NCBI GenBank assembly: GCA_033764955.1
Contig: JANRIL010000044.1
Coordinates: forward strand, 41,944-105,943
Origin: Cyanobacteriota bacterium
Lineage (GTDB): Bacteria; Cyanobacteriota; Cyanobacteriia; Thermostichales; Thermostichaceae
Direction: 5' to 3'
DNA: 64,000 bases
Shown in pieces: positions 50,671 through 60,773 of this stretch. The notes under the pieces were generated by a model, which was not told where the DNA came from, searched no databases, and saw only the letters and a list, made by a program, of their open reading frames with translations. Position 1 is the first letter of the stretch. Each line of letters starts with the position of its first letter. Made by a program: the position numbers and the translations under genes.

Positions 50671-51600
50671 CTAGTTCTCCCGTTTGATCGCGCTCTCGTG
50701 CCAACTGCCTAGCATTCGGTCAGAAAATATTGTCATCACGACAAAGATCACTACCCCCAAAGCAGTTGTCAAAAATAAGGCGGCAAACATGCGGGGGACT
50801 TGTAGATTAAAGCTGGAGATCAAAATTTGATAGGCAATGCCCGCCTTTTGTCCCCCGGTGCCCGCCACAAACTCAGCCACCACCGCCCCAATCAGAGAGA
50901 GTCCACCACTGATGCGTAACCCCCCCAGAAAATAGGGCATAGCACTGGGTAAGCGCAGGTAGAGCAGGGTTTGCCAACGATTGGCTTTGTAAAGCTGGAA
51001 GAGGTTGATCAGGTTGTGATCGGCACTGTTGAGACCAAGGGTGGTGTTGGACAAAATCGGGAAAAAGGCCACAATCCAAGCGCAGACCACCATAGCTGCT
51101 AGAGCATTATTCCGCAACCAAATGATAATCAGGGGGGCAATCGCCACAATCGGCGTGGTTTGTAAAATCACGGCATAGGGGAAAAAGCTGCGTTCAATCC
51201 ATTTGCTTTGGGTAAAAAGAATAGAAATTAATAGTCCTGACGACACCGCCACCCCAAAGGCCAGCAGGGTAATCTGAATCGTAATCAGCAAAGAAGGCCA
51301 CAGATCGCCCCATTCCTCGATCAGGGTCTTAAACACCAAAATTGGCCCCGGCAGTAGATAGGGTGGGATCCCCGTTATCCGCACCGCTACCTCCCATCCC
51401 ACCAAAAACAGGATGCCGACAATCGCGGGAGCCACCACCTCCAGGGACAAGAAGCGCCGCCACCCGATAGCAGCTCCAAAGGAGAGAGCAGGGGATCCCT
51501 CTTCTGAGAGTCCGACAGCCGAGGAGAAACTTGCTTTTCCGGTTCTGAGGAGGCTAGAGAGGATGCCGCCCCCCAGAGCCATCAGTTGCCGTAGATTCAT
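50671..51600 (-). CDS. ABC transporter permease (NitT/TauT family)
   Basis: YLLPGP, QTTPIVAIAP, GAVVAEF; start at ATG 51600 with AAGGAAAGG upstream. Confidence 0.88.
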   Translation of the reverse strand: MNLRQLMALGGGILSSLLRTGKASFSSAVGLSEEGSPALSFGAAIGWRRFLSLEVVAPAIVGILFLVGWEVAVRITGIPPYLLPGPILVFKTLIEEWGDLWPSLLITIQITLLAFGVAVSSGLLISILFTQSKWIERSFFPYAVILQTTPIVAIAPLIIIWLRNNALAAMVVCAWIVAFFPILSNTTLGLNSADHNLINLFQLYKANRWQTLLYLRLPSAMPYFLGGLRISGGLSLIGAVVAEFVAGTGGQKAGIAYQILISSFNLQVPRMFAALFLTTALGVVIFVVMTIFSDRMLGSWHESAIKREN

Positions 51601-51655
51601 AACTGCGTCCTTTCCTTGGCTGGATAGAAGCTCATCTGGATGGGCGGAAATAAAA

Positions 51656-52462
51656 TTAGGCAACGCGGCTACTGCTGACTCGCCGCAGATGGTGATCAGT
51701 GCCTGACATGGCGGCTGACAGTTGGGCAGACACCTCACGGCAATATTGGTTGTAGAGGGTGGTTGTGCGAAAGTCTTCTGTGCGGGGATAGCTAGCATCA
51801 ATCCCCAAGTCAGCCACCACTCGCCCTGGACGAGCTGCCATCACCACAACCCGATTAGAGAGATAAACCGCCTCATAAATATTATGAGTCACAAAAATAA
51901 CCGTCCATTGTTTCTGTTGCCACAGATCCAGAAGATCGCTGTTGAGTTTGCTGCGGGTGATTTCATCGAGTGCCCCAAACGGTTCATCCATCAATAAAAC
52001 ATCCGGCTTAGTAACAAGGGCGCGGGCAATCGATACCCGCATTTTCATACCCCCCGACAATTCCCGTGGAAAACACCGTTCAAATCCTCGCAATCCCACG
52101 AGATCCAAAGCTTCTAGCACATCCCCTTGAGAGGTTTGTTTCGGGATCCCGGCTAGCTTGAGGGGCAAGCGCACATTTTCCATCACCGTGGCCCAAGGCA
52201 TGAGGGCCGGCTCTTGAAAAACAAAGGCTAGCTTGCCGGGGTTGGTGGTGGCGGATCCCTCTCCCCAGCTAATGTTGCCACTGGTCATGTTGCCCAATCC
52301 AGCAATGATCCGTAAAACTGTGCTTTTGCCGCAGCCAGAAGGCCCCACCAAACTGACAAATTGGGATCCCTGAATAACCATGTTCATATCCTGCAAAGCC
52401 AGAGTTCCGTTGGAATAGACCTTGCTGACATGGGAGAGGGTAATCGCAGGCTTGGGCTTCAT
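51656..52462 (-). CDS. ABC transporter ATP-binding protein (NitT/TauT family)
   Basis: GPSGCGKST, LSGGMKMR, DEPFGALDE. Confidence 0.92.
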   Translation of the reverse strand: MKPKPAITLSHVSKVYSNGTLALQDMNMVIQGSQFVSLVGPSGCGKSTVLRIIAGLGNMTSGNISWGEGSATTNPGKLAFVFQEPALMPWATVMENVRLPLKLAGIPKQTSQGDVLEALDLVGLRGFERCFPRELSGGMKMRVSIARALVTKPDVLLMDEPFGALDEITRSKLNSDLLDLWQQKQWTVIFVTHNIYEAVYLSNRVVVMAARPGRVVADLGIDASYPRTEDFRTTTLYNQYCREVSAQLSAAMSGTDHHLRRVSSSRVA

Positions 52463-52700
52463 GAAATCAGCATCCTAAACAAGGACAGTGCCTTTAGTCT
52501 AGAACATTCCTCTCTGACAAAAAGCGCCCCAGATAACCAGAAGGGATCCCCATTACCCCCTAACTCCACCTCCCCTCCAGCAAGATTATCTGAGATCATC
52601 GGAGATACAGTGGGACTTCAAGCCGAACAGCAGGCAAAAGGGAGAGGGAATGGGGGGATCCTCAAAAGGGAAGGGAAAGGGAAGGGATTGCCCAGCCAGC

Positions 52701-53264
52701 CTAGGAGTTAGCTGGGGTTGCCATTTCCGGATCCACCTGTCTGAGGGGCTTTTGCCCAGAGGTGGTCGTGGCTAAGTGTTGGCTCAACTGTTGGCTAGCT
52801 AACTGCTGATCGATCCATGCGGCGAGCAGATAATCCAACGAAAACAACCCCCCCCCGTTCATGGCAAAAGCAAGAAAGCAAGCGGCATACAAACTGGATA
52901 GCTCCAGATAGGGAATATTAAAGCCGGCCACCTTGACATGGTGGAAAATCGCCACTGCCATCGTGCTAAACAAAGCCAGCCCTGCTGGACGAACCCACAA
53001 CCCCAAGGCCAGTAAGGGAGCTGCCAATAGCTCGGTATAAGCCGCCAAATAGGCAAAAAACACAGGGTAGGGTAAACCAATCACCTCTACATAGGCGGTG
53101 GCAAATCCCTGAATATCTTCCAATTTGTCCAGGCCATTGTGGATCATCACCAAGCCCGCGACCACTCGCAACAGCAACCAGCCCCAATGAGAGACAGAAA
53201 GGGGCACACTATCAAACTTCAACAGGTAAGTTAGCCACGTTAGGGATCTCTGAAAAAGTGTCAT
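52701..53264 (-). CDS. DoxX family membrane protein
   Basis: LLLRV..G..MIHNGLDK, AAYTEL, GGGLFSLD. Confidence 0.85.
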   Translation of the reverse strand: MTLFQRSLTWLTYLLKFDSVPLSVSHWGWLLLRVVAGLVMIHNGLDKLEDIQGFATAYVEVIGLPYPVFFAYLAAYTELLAAPLLALGLWVRPAGLALFSTMAVAIFHHVKVAGFNIPYLELSSLYAACFLAFAMNGGGLFSLDYLLAAWIDQQLASQQLSQHLATTTSGQKPLRQVDPEMATPANS

Positions 53265-53286
53265 GGTAGGTACTCGCCAATGCAAT

Positions 53287-53304
53287 CATGTAAACCAATG
53301 TAAC
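53287..53304 (-). promoter_or_regulatory. HLR1-like (RpaB) repeat upstream of DoxX gene
   Basis: Minus strand GTTACATT-GG-TTTACATG; extra GTTACATT half-site at 53316-53323. Confidence 0.55.
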
Positions 53305-53411
53305 TTTTCCAAAGAAATGTAACAATCCTGATTGGGCAAGTTTATCTAAACAATTGGCCGATTGGCAGCCATTCAATCGGCAGCCATCCCAAAGGTGGTG
53401 AGTTGTGGGGG

Positions 53412-54689
53412 TTAAGGAATCAGGTCGCGTCCTCTGGTGTCGGCCAATGCCTGAGGATCGGGGACTTCTCCTTCGGTGTAGTAACCTGCGGCTTTTTTGG
53501 CTTCGATTTCCACACGGGCATCAGCAGGGATCAGATCCTCAGGAATCGGGATCCGCTTGACCACCTCAATCCCGGAGTGAGTAATAGCCCGATACTTCAT
53601 GTCACTCATGGAAACCAGCCGATCAATGCGGGTGACCCCTAGCCAGTGCAACACATCCGGCATTAACTCTTGAAAACGCATATCCTGCACCCCAGCCACA
53701 CATTCGGTGCGGGCAAAATAGGCATCCGCCCGATCCCCCCCCTCCTGCCGCTTGCGGGCGTTATAGACCAAAAACTTGGTGACTTCCCCCAGGGCACGCC
53801 CTTCTTTCCGCAAATAGACAATGATGCCTACGCCCCCTGTTTGGGCGGTTTGAACGCACTCCTCAATGCCATGCACCAGATAGGGACGACAGGTGCAAAT
53901 ATCGGAGCCAAATACATCCGAGCCATTACACTCATCGTGAACCCGCACCGCTACGGCTCGTTCTGGATCAGTGATGGCAGCCAGCCGCCCAAAAATATAA
54001 ACCGTTAGACCCCCAATGGGTGGCAAAAATACCTCCAGATCCGAGCGGGTCACCAACTCCGGAAACATTCCCCCTGTTTGTTCAAAGAGGGTGCGTCGCA
54101 GGTCTGACTCTTTGATCTGTAATCGCTTAGCCAATCCTGGCAAATACCAAACGGGTTCAATCGCGGCTTTGGTGACGACCAGATCGCCACCAGCTTTCAT
54201 CACCAGCCCATCCACCTGCAGGCGACCTTTTTGCACAGCCTCTTGCAGCTCCGGCATATTGATATGGGCTTGGGTCACAGCGATGGTCGGGCGAATATCA
54301 TAGCCCTGCTGGTAGAGGGGGGCATAAACTTCCCCCACAATTGCTCCAAAGGGATCCAGGGAGATAATCCGCTCCGGATCAAACCAACTGGCATGAGGAC
54401 CAATAGCTTCCACAGGTGCAGTATTGGTGAGATCCGCCCGATGATCCGATTGCAACGCCCCACTCGCCACCGCCAGCGCTCGATACACGGCATAGGCACC
54501 AGAATGGGTACCGATCACATTGCGATGACTGGGGTTGGTTAGGGATCCAATAATCGGGCCTCGCTGTAGGGGATCCCGTGCTCCCCAAACAATCGGCAGG
54601 GGTTTGGGGCCAAAGGGTGAGGGATGGGAGGTGAGAACAATATGCTTCGATTTGGGTTTGGATTTGGCGTCAGGGGTTGGCTCAGTCAT
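53412..54689 (-). CDS. GTP cyclohydrolase II-like protein, URC1 type
   Basis: N-domain RGPII..RNVIGTHSG.YAVYRALA; VRVHDECNGSDVFGSDICTCRPYL; EGRALG. Confidence 0.85.
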   Translation of the reverse strand: MTEPTPDAKSKPKSKHIVLTSHPSPFGPKPLPIVWGARDPLQRGPIIGSLTNPSHRNVIGTHSGAYAVYRALAVASGALQSDHRADLTNTAPVEAIGPHASWFDPERIISLDPFGAIVGEVYAPLYQQGYDIRPTIAVTQAHINMPELQEAVQKGRLQVDGLVMKAGGDLVVTKAAIEPVWYLPGLAKRLQIKESDLRRTLFEQTGGMFPELVTRSDLEVFLPPIGGLTVYIFGRLAAITDPERAVAVRVHDECNGSDVFGSDICTCRPYLVHGIEECVQTAQTGGVGIIVYLRKEGRALGEVTKFLVYNARKRQEGGDRADAYFARTECVAGVQDMRFQELMPDVLHWLGVTRIDRLVSMSDMKYRAITHSGIEVVKRIPIPEDLIPADARVEIEAKKAAGYYTEGEVPDPQALADTRGRDLIP

Positions 54690-54917
54690 GCCAGAGAACC
54701 TCAGGGGTGAGGAATAGAGAAAAATAGAGAAAACTCAACCGGAGTGGCAGAAGCCTTGGGGTAAAGAGGCATTCTACTGATTTTTGTGAGGGGTCAACAA
54801 GCGACGCCAAGCTGAGGGGGATCCCGGCTTGCTGGAAGGGTGGGGGAAACACCCGCTTCTGCCTGAGCTGGTCAAGAGAATATGGCAAAGTGAAGGGGTG
54901 GAGTTCGGGATCCAGCC

Positions 54918-55331
54918 ATGATTACCTATGCCGATCTGACAGAAAGCCAACGGGAGTTTTATTTGAAGGCGCTGATCGCCGTTGCCCAAGCAGATGAGCA
55001 GCTAGATGAAGAAGAGATCACCTTTTTTAGCCAGATTGCGGTGGGAGTTGGCTTAGAGGGGGAACAAATCGCGCATTTCCTGGAGGGGGATCCCCTAGAT
55101 GTCAGCGAGATTCCAGCCATGCGTAATGCAGTGGGGGCATTGATTCTGCGAGATCTATCGGCGATGGCGGTAGTGAATAATGATCTGCTACCCAAAGAAG
55201 AGGATCTAATCCTTGAGATTGGCAAGGCTATGCAATTTAGCCCTGATGAAGTAGAAGAGTTTCTTAACTGGGCTTTTATGGGATTACAGTGGCAACTCAA
55301 AAGCACTAGCCTACTAGAAAAATATGCTTGA
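54918..55331 (+). CDS. TerB-like protein
   Basis: ALIAVAQADEQLDEEE and MAVVNNDLLPKEE helical hairpins. Confidence 0.75.
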   Translation: MITYADLTESQREFYLKALIAVAQADEQLDEEEITFFSQIAVGVGLEGEQIAHFLEGDPLDVSEIPAMRNAVGALILRDLSAMAVVNNDLLPKEEDLILEIGKAMQFSPDEVEEFLNWAFMGLQWQLKSTSLLEKYA

Positions 55332-55334
55332 GGG

Positions 55335-55904
55335 TTAAAGCCCTGCTTGAGCAACTGATTCTGGGGGTGAGGTTGATTCGCCAGCCACTTCTGGATCAGG
55401 GGAAGGAGTGGGTGAAACAGAGGGAGGCGGTGGTTCCGGTAAAAAGGGCTGGGTCGCCCAAAGGGGGGGAACCGATTCAAGCAAAGGAGAAACCAACTGC
55501 CAGGTTTTGGGTTCTCCCACCTGGGCTAACGTCAGTTGAAACGGTTCTCCCCGTCGCTGATAGCCCCGTCGTTTTTGAGGCGATGGAATCGTCAGGGTGT
55601 AGGTTCCCGTTAGTTGATGGGCTTCTAGCTTTTGCCGAAGGCCAGTGGGTAGGGTTAGGGTTTGGTCTCGCTTGACTTTGACATCCTTTATCTGGACTGT
55701 TTCCTGAAGTTGCGGATAGCCAACAATGGCTTGAAGTGCCGCCGGAGCATGGGTCATTTGATAGTTAAGGGCTTGTTGTACCACCGACTGAGGGGCTTTG
55801 GCTCCACATCCGCTCAGCCAAATCAATCCTAGCAAGGCTATCCCCAGCCATAGGCTGCGCCAGTCTCCTACTGTGTTCTGAATATTTGTTGCCCGCATGT
55901 TCAT
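55335..55904 (-). CDS. Hypothetical lipoprotein
   Basis: Lipobox LSGC; Pro-rich C-tail. Confidence 0.7.
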   Translation of the reverse strand: MNMRATNIQNTVGDWRSLWLGIALLGLIWLSGCGAKAPQSVVQQALNYQMTHAPAALQAIVGYPQLQETVQIKDVKVKRDQTLTLPTGLRQKLEAHQLTGTYTLTIPSPQKRRGYQRRGEPFQLTLAQVGEPKTWQLVSPLLESVPPLWATQPFLPEPPPPSVSPTPSPDPEVAGESTSPPESVAQAGL

Positions 55905-56116
55905 TGCCTCTCCTTGCTGGCTGGCTCACTGACCCAGGGATCCCTACTCTATCTATGGATGGTACTGTATGGGGCTGCCTCGATGCTGAAGGTGAGCCAT
56001 TCCAGAATCTAGCAACTATAAGATTTATCCAGCCTAGATCTGGACCTGCTCGTCCCCAGCAAATGCTAACGATCCGACTACTATGAGAAAAATACCCACT
56101 TGAATCTCCTCTCCTC

Positions 56117-58537
56117 ATGCCCCCCTTAATCCACCCATCCCCCACTCCCAACCTTCAGTCAGAGGAATCTTTCTCCACGCTGCGCCTAGAGGTGCGGGGC
56201 ATGAGTTGTGCGGGTTGTGTCAAGGCGGTGGAAGATTTGCTCTTAAGCCAACCGGAAGTAACAACTGCCACTGTCAACCTACTAACTGGGGTGGCGCTGA
56301 TTGAGTCTCGCACCCCCATCGCGGCTCAGCCTCTAGCCATGATGTTGACGGAGGCGGGCTTTCCTAGCTGCCCCTCCGACACGCCAATTAGGGATCCCCT
56401 CAACCAGAAACCAGCCGCCCAGGGTCATCCAGACTCTCCTCAGCCATTTCAACAAGTCACTGTAGCGGCTCTATTGCTGTTGCTATCGATGGGTGGGCAT
56501 TTTGGATGGTGGGCTCAGATGGGTTGGCCGTTCTTGAGCCATGTGGGGGTTCACGCTGCCCTAGCCACCTTGACCTTGGTAGGACCAGCCCGACCGATTT
56601 TGCTAGATGGCTGGCGAGGTCTGCGTCGCCTTGCCCCGACCATGAATACTTTAGTTAGTTTGGGGGCGCTCACTGCCTATATCACCAGTTGGGTAGGATT
56701 GCTGGCTCCTGAGATGGGTTGGGATTGTTTCTTTGATGAACCCGTGATGCTGCTGGGCTTTATCTTATTGGGGCGCACCCTAGAGCAGCATACCCGTCGG
56801 CGGGCGGCTCGTGCCTTTCAATCATTGCTGGCGCTGCGACCGGATATGGCTCGTTGCCTTGCCAACCCCAATCCACTAGGGGATCCCTTGCCTGGGGAGA
56901 CAGTTACCCAAACTATTCCGGTGGAGCAAGTGGAGGTGGGGCAGTGGTTGCAGGTGTTACCGGGAGAAAAGATTCCCGTGGATGGGCAGATCCACCAGGG
57001 GGAAACGACCGTCAATGAGTCGATGCTCACCGGAGAGTCGTTACCTGTGCTGAAGCGGCCAGGGGATCGGGTGATGGCGGGATCCCTCAATCAGTCCGGC
57101 GTGATTACCCTCGTGGCAACCCAGACCGCCGAGCACACAACCCTAGCCCAGATCATTGCTCTGGTGGAAAACGCCCAAACCCGCAAGGCCCCCATTCAAG
57201 CAATAGCGGATCAGGTGGCGGGTTACTTCACTTACGGGGTGATGGCGATAGCCTTCCTGACCTTTGTCTTTTGGTATGGCTGGGGGATCCCCCACTGGGG
57301 CAGTGCCAACCTTCTGGCCGCCGCCACCGCCACCCACTGGATGCCCAGTCCCCATTCGGTGCAGGCGACTCCCCTCATGGTCAGTCTTAAACTAGCCATT
57401 GCCGTTTTGGTGGTGGCCTGTCCCTGTGCGTTGGGATTAGCCACCCCCACTGCTATTTTGGTGGGAACTGGCATCGGGGCTGAGCGGGGACTGCTGATTC
57501 GAGGGGGAGATGTTTTGCAAAATGTCCACCAATTGGATCGGGTGATCTTCGATAAAACAGGCACCCTCACCCAAGGGGATCCCGTGGTCAGCAATAGCTG
57601 GGTTAGTCAAAGCTCTCAGGATCCCCGCGATCTTTTGCAACTGGCGGCAACGGTCGAAAGTGGCACTCGTCACCCCCTTGCTCAGGCGATTCTGCAAGCC
57701 GCTCACCAGCAAGGGATCCCTCTTTTGGCGGCGGAAGGGTTCACGACCTATCCCGGATTAGGGGTTGCTGCTGACATCGCTGGAGAAGTGATCTGGGTGG
57801 GATCCCTCGATTGGCTGAGGCAACTGGGGCTTTCTCTGCCCTGCCATTCTGATTCATTCTCTCCGGCTGAAGCGTGGATCAACGAGGGAAAAACAGTCGT
57901 AGGAGTGGGATCCCAGAGACAAGGGGTGATGGGCTTGATAGCCGTTGAGGATCCCGTCCGTCTTGATGCGGCTCGCACCCTCCACCAACTTCTGGATATG
58001 GGACTGCGGTTGATGATGGTTACGGGGGATGACGGCGCTGTTGCTAGCCATCTGCGAAATCGCCTAGGGCTTTCCCCTCAAGACATGCCGATTGTGGCCA
58101 ATGTCATGCCCGGAGGCAAAGTAGACGTGATTCGGCACCTCCAGGCTCAAGGAGAACGGGTAGCCATGGTTGGGGATGGCATCAATGATGCGCCCGCTTT
58201 GGCTCAAGCGGACATTGGTATTTCCTTTCATGCGGCGACGGATGTTGCTATCGAAACCGCCGATCTCATTTTGATGCGTAATCGTTTGCCTGACCTGCTG
58301 GCTGCCCTACAGCTAAGTCGAGCTACCTTCCAAAAAATCCAACAAAATTTGTTCTGGGCTTTTGCCTACAATCTGCTAGCTATTCCATTAGCAGCAGGTG
58401 TGCTTTTCCCCCACTGGGGATTTTTATTGAGTCCTGGAGGAGCAGGAGCATTGATGGCAAGTAGTTCTATCAGTGTGGTGATCAACTCCCTTTGCTTGCG
58501 AAATATCCGCTTAGACGATGCGCCAGAAAATAATTGA
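56117..58537 (+). CDS. P1B-1 copper-translocating P-type ATPase (CtaA/PacS-like)
   Basis: [31 protein letters not shown] and MxxSS. Confidence 0.93.
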   Translation: MPPLIHPSPTPNLQSEESFSTLRLEVRGMSCAGCVKAVEDLLLSQPEVTTATVNLLTGVALIESRTPIAAQPLAMMLTEAGFPSCPSDTPIRDPLNQKPAAQGHPDSPQPFQQVTVAALLLLLSMGGHFGWWAQMGWPFLSHVGVHAALATLTLVGPARPILLDGWRGLRRLAPTMNTLVSLGALTAYITSWVGLLAPEMGWDCFFDEPVMLLGFILLGRTLEQHTRRRAARAFQSLLALRPDMARCLANPNPLGDPLPGETVTQTIPVEQVEVGQWLQVLPGEKIPVDGQIHQGETTVNESMLTGESLPVLKRPGDRVMAGSLNQSGVITLVATQTAEHTTLAQIIALVENAQTRKAPIQAIADQVAGYFTYGVMAIAFLTFVFWYGWGIPHWGSANLLAAATATHWMPSPHSVQATPLMVSLKLAIAVLVVACPCALGLATPTAILVGTGIGAERGLLIRGGDVLQNVHQLDRVIFDKTGTLTQGDPVVSNSWVSQSSQDPRDLLQLAATVESGTRHPLAQAILQAAHQQGIPLLAAEGFTTYPGLGVAADIAGEVIWVGSLDWLRQLGLSLPCHSDSFSPAEAWINEGKTVVGVGSQRQGVMGLIAVEDPVRLDAARTLHQLLDMGLRLMMVTGDDGAVASHLRNRLGLSPQDMPIVANVMPGGKVDVIRHLQAQGERVAMVGDGINDAPALAQADIGISFHAATDVAIETADLILMRNRLPDLLAALQLSRATFQKIQQNLFWAFAYNLLAIPLAAGVLFPHWGFLLSPGGAGALMASSSISVVINSLCLRNIRLDDAPENN

Positions 58538-58605
58538 GCAAAACAGACGTGCCCGCTCATAACTCTCCTCCAGTTGCGCTGCCGGATAACTCCTTAAGCT
58601 AGGAC

Positions 58606-58759
58606 TATCCCTCTTCTGTCACATTCCTGAAAAGGAGCCATGAAAGCCATACACAGTAAGGGTTTCTTCTGTTGACAACTTGAAAATGACAAAAGAGTGA
58701 AACGTAGACACAGTAGGACTTCCAGCTTTTGCTGCTCTCAAAGTGACAGAAGAGGGATA
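58606..58759. mobile_element. MITE-like element (154 bp) with perfect 17-bp terminal inverted repeats
   Basis: TATCCCTCTTCTGTCAC ... GTGACAGAAGAGGGATA; TA at both ends. Confidence 0.75.
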
Positions 58760-58760
58760 A

Positions 58761-60095
58761 CTAATAGGGAAGACTGGCTTCAAAGTCGCTAGCTGACTGA
58801 GGAGGGATTAGCCCATTATTTGTAAGTATTGTTTCGATAGTCTTTAAACTTACTTTAAAATGCTCAGCGGCATCTTCCATAGCTGACTCTGAATAATCAT
58901 TGTCTAAATAAGCCTGCAAACTGCTGAGGGGGCAAAGAAATTCTGCCGCAAAAGCACGTTGATACTTCTGTCTTGATGTTCTTAAATCTGTGCTAGCGAG
59001 CCAAGATTCTCCACCATTTCCATAGAGTAAGTAGTCACCAATGAATCTAGACAACTCAAATCTTTTTGCAATTGGATGTCTTTTTCTGGTGTGAAACCTA
59101 AATCCAACTTTCTCTAATGGAACTGCAATTGCAATATGTCGTCGGGTGTGAGGACTTAACGCTTCATACTCAGATTTCTTTAGGCCAAGTAAATCATAGA
59201 GCTGATCATCAGTAACTGTCTCTTCTCTAAGATCCATTTTATTGCGTAGACAAATTGCTACTTCGTTTGCTTTCTGCCAGGGTGCTTTTGAAGATCCTTG
59301 TGAAGGAGAATACTCTATAGAAACTTCAGGTTTTCCATCAAGCCCCGATTCTTGGATCAGTTCAGCAATTATTGCGCTGAGTGGTTTTACTTCTGATATG
59401 TCTTTGCTGTAGGCAGGAGCTACCTCTGAAAATGTTTTGTTTCCCATTTGCCTAGCAAGATTCAGGGCATCTTGCACAAGATTTTCAGGACACTCATCAG
59501 GATCAAAACCCAATTCAGCTTCACAACGACGATATTGACTTGCCTCCGGATCAGCAAGTTCTTCCTGAACTTCTTGCCAAAGGCTAGCTAGTGGAGAGTT
59601 GGCAATCCCTGTTGCTACAAGACGAGATAAGACAGATTCAATAAAAGTCTTGGCCGTTTGCTCAAATTCGAGTAGATTAACTGGAAATGGTCGATCCAGG
59701 CTATTGATGTATCGAACTGACTGTTGATCAACAGCGTTAGATACTTTTGCCCATATCTGCATTAACTCAGTATCTGAAGCGAGTATTACTGTTGGCCAAA
59801 TAAATCCTTGATTCGCTGCTGTAAGCTCGTGCGCCAGCCTATAACTTACTGAAGGTTTAGTTTCTCTTGGAGGAAGAGGCTCATAAAGTAACCTCCACCA
59901 TGAGGAACCCATCCATGCAGCTAGAGGATAAGCGGAAACAAGAACGGTATCGCGGATCGTTTGAGACCAGACATCCTGATTTCTCGTAAGACTGATATCT
60001 CCTACCTTCAGTCCAAACATACCCATCGTCTGTTGGATCTCGGGCGAATCATTTCCACTGGTAAGCCAGTCAAAATTAAGACTTAGCGCGCCCAC
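58761..60095 (-). CDS. Hypothetical protein with C-terminal degenerate ImmA/IrrE-like domain
   Basis: RFELSRFIGDYLL...QRAFAAEFLCP...AEHFKVS aligns by eye with RFTLAHELGH...ANxFAAELLMP...FxVS; GTG start with GGAGGA RBS. Confidence 0.75.
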   Translation of the reverse strand: MGALSLNFDWLTSGNDSPEIQQTMGMFGLKVGDISLTRNQDVWSQTIRDTVLVSAYPLAAWMGSSWWRLLYEPLPPRETKPSVSYRLAHELTAANQGFIWPTVILASDTELMQIWAKVSNAVDQQSVRYINSLDRPFPVNLLEFEQTAKTFIESVLSRLVATGIANSPLASLWQEVQEELADPEASQYRRCEAELGFDPDECPENLVQDALNLARQMGNKTFSEVAPAYSKDISEVKPLSAIIAELIQESGLDGKPEVSIEYSPSQGSSKAPWQKANEVAICLRNKMDLREETVTDDQLYDLLGLKKSEYEALSPHTRRHIAIAVPLEKVGFRFHTRKRHPIAKRFELSRFIGDYLLYGNGGESWLASTDLRTSRQKYQRAFAAEFLCPLSSLQAYLDNDYSESAMEDAAEHFKVSLKTIETILTNNGLIPPQSASDFEASLPY

Positions 60096-60522
60096 TCCGA
60101 ATCCTCCATTGGTTAATTACCTCTTCACAAAATGGATCCTCACTTTGCATGGGATAACCGTGATACACCCCTTGCTCGGCTGACTCAAGCTGTGCTTCTA
60201 GCGGAATTTCACCCTCCATGACACACCATACATTCTTAGGCCACTGTCCTTGAAAGCGATCGCTGACTAGTCCGTTTTCAATACCTCTCTTTAACAACTC
60301 TAGAGCTTCCTGTTTGGTAAAAACCTGAACGGAATCACAGAGAGATTTGCCTGGTCTCGGCGCGGTAGGTGGTGTCAGACCGAAGTCTCCTGGATTCGCC
60401 TTATGCTCAGGATTTCCACCGTACTTAGCCTGAGATGCGAGTTTAGCAAGACTCTCGAAATCACACTCTTCTACCTTCCGTATTTTGCGTTTGGGGTTAA
60501 AATTGCCATTGCGCTTTTTCAT
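60076..60522 (-). CDS. Small hypothetical protein, putative nuclease/toxin
   Basis: YGGNPEHK...WPKNVW...EAQL...YHGYP; overlaps the next gene by 20 nt; ATG 60522. Confidence 0.7.
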   Translation of the reverse strand: MKKRNGNFNPKRKIRKVEECDFESLAKLASQAKYGGNPEHKANPGDFGLTPPTAPRPGKSLCDSVQVFTKQEALELLKRGIENGLVSDRFQGQWPKNVWCVMEGEIPLEAQLESAEQGVYHGYPMQSEDPFCEEVINQWRIRSGRAKS

Positions 60523-60526
60523 AACA

Positions 60527-60697
60527 CTAAGAACACGACTCAGTCCTAGCACACTGTGGGAATGTCCTCATACATCTGAAGGCTTGTAGGATCAATCGAC
60601 ATGTGCCGTTAACCCGGTCTAAAAAATTTAGGACTGGTTGTAGTAAATCATCGGAAGCCTGCTCAAGTTCCTGAATTAATTGCTCACGATTTGTCAT
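60527..60697 (-). pseudogene. Truncated DUF2281-like antitoxin fragment
   Basis: MTNREQLIQELEQASDDLLQPVLNFL then unrelated sequence. Confidence 0.5.
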
Positions 60698-60773
60698 GTG
60701 TTTGTTCGAGTTTTTGGGCAAAGTGAACTGTCTGGCTTCAATATACTAAATACTGAATAGGCCACCTGTTCCT

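Noticed and set aside
52660..52690. (GGGAA)n purine tract
   Set aside because: Short low-complexity repeat with no supporting context
58555..60525. GTTATG at both ends of the second island as integron cassette boundaries
   Set aside because: No R''/L''/L' arrangement with correct spacing could be built
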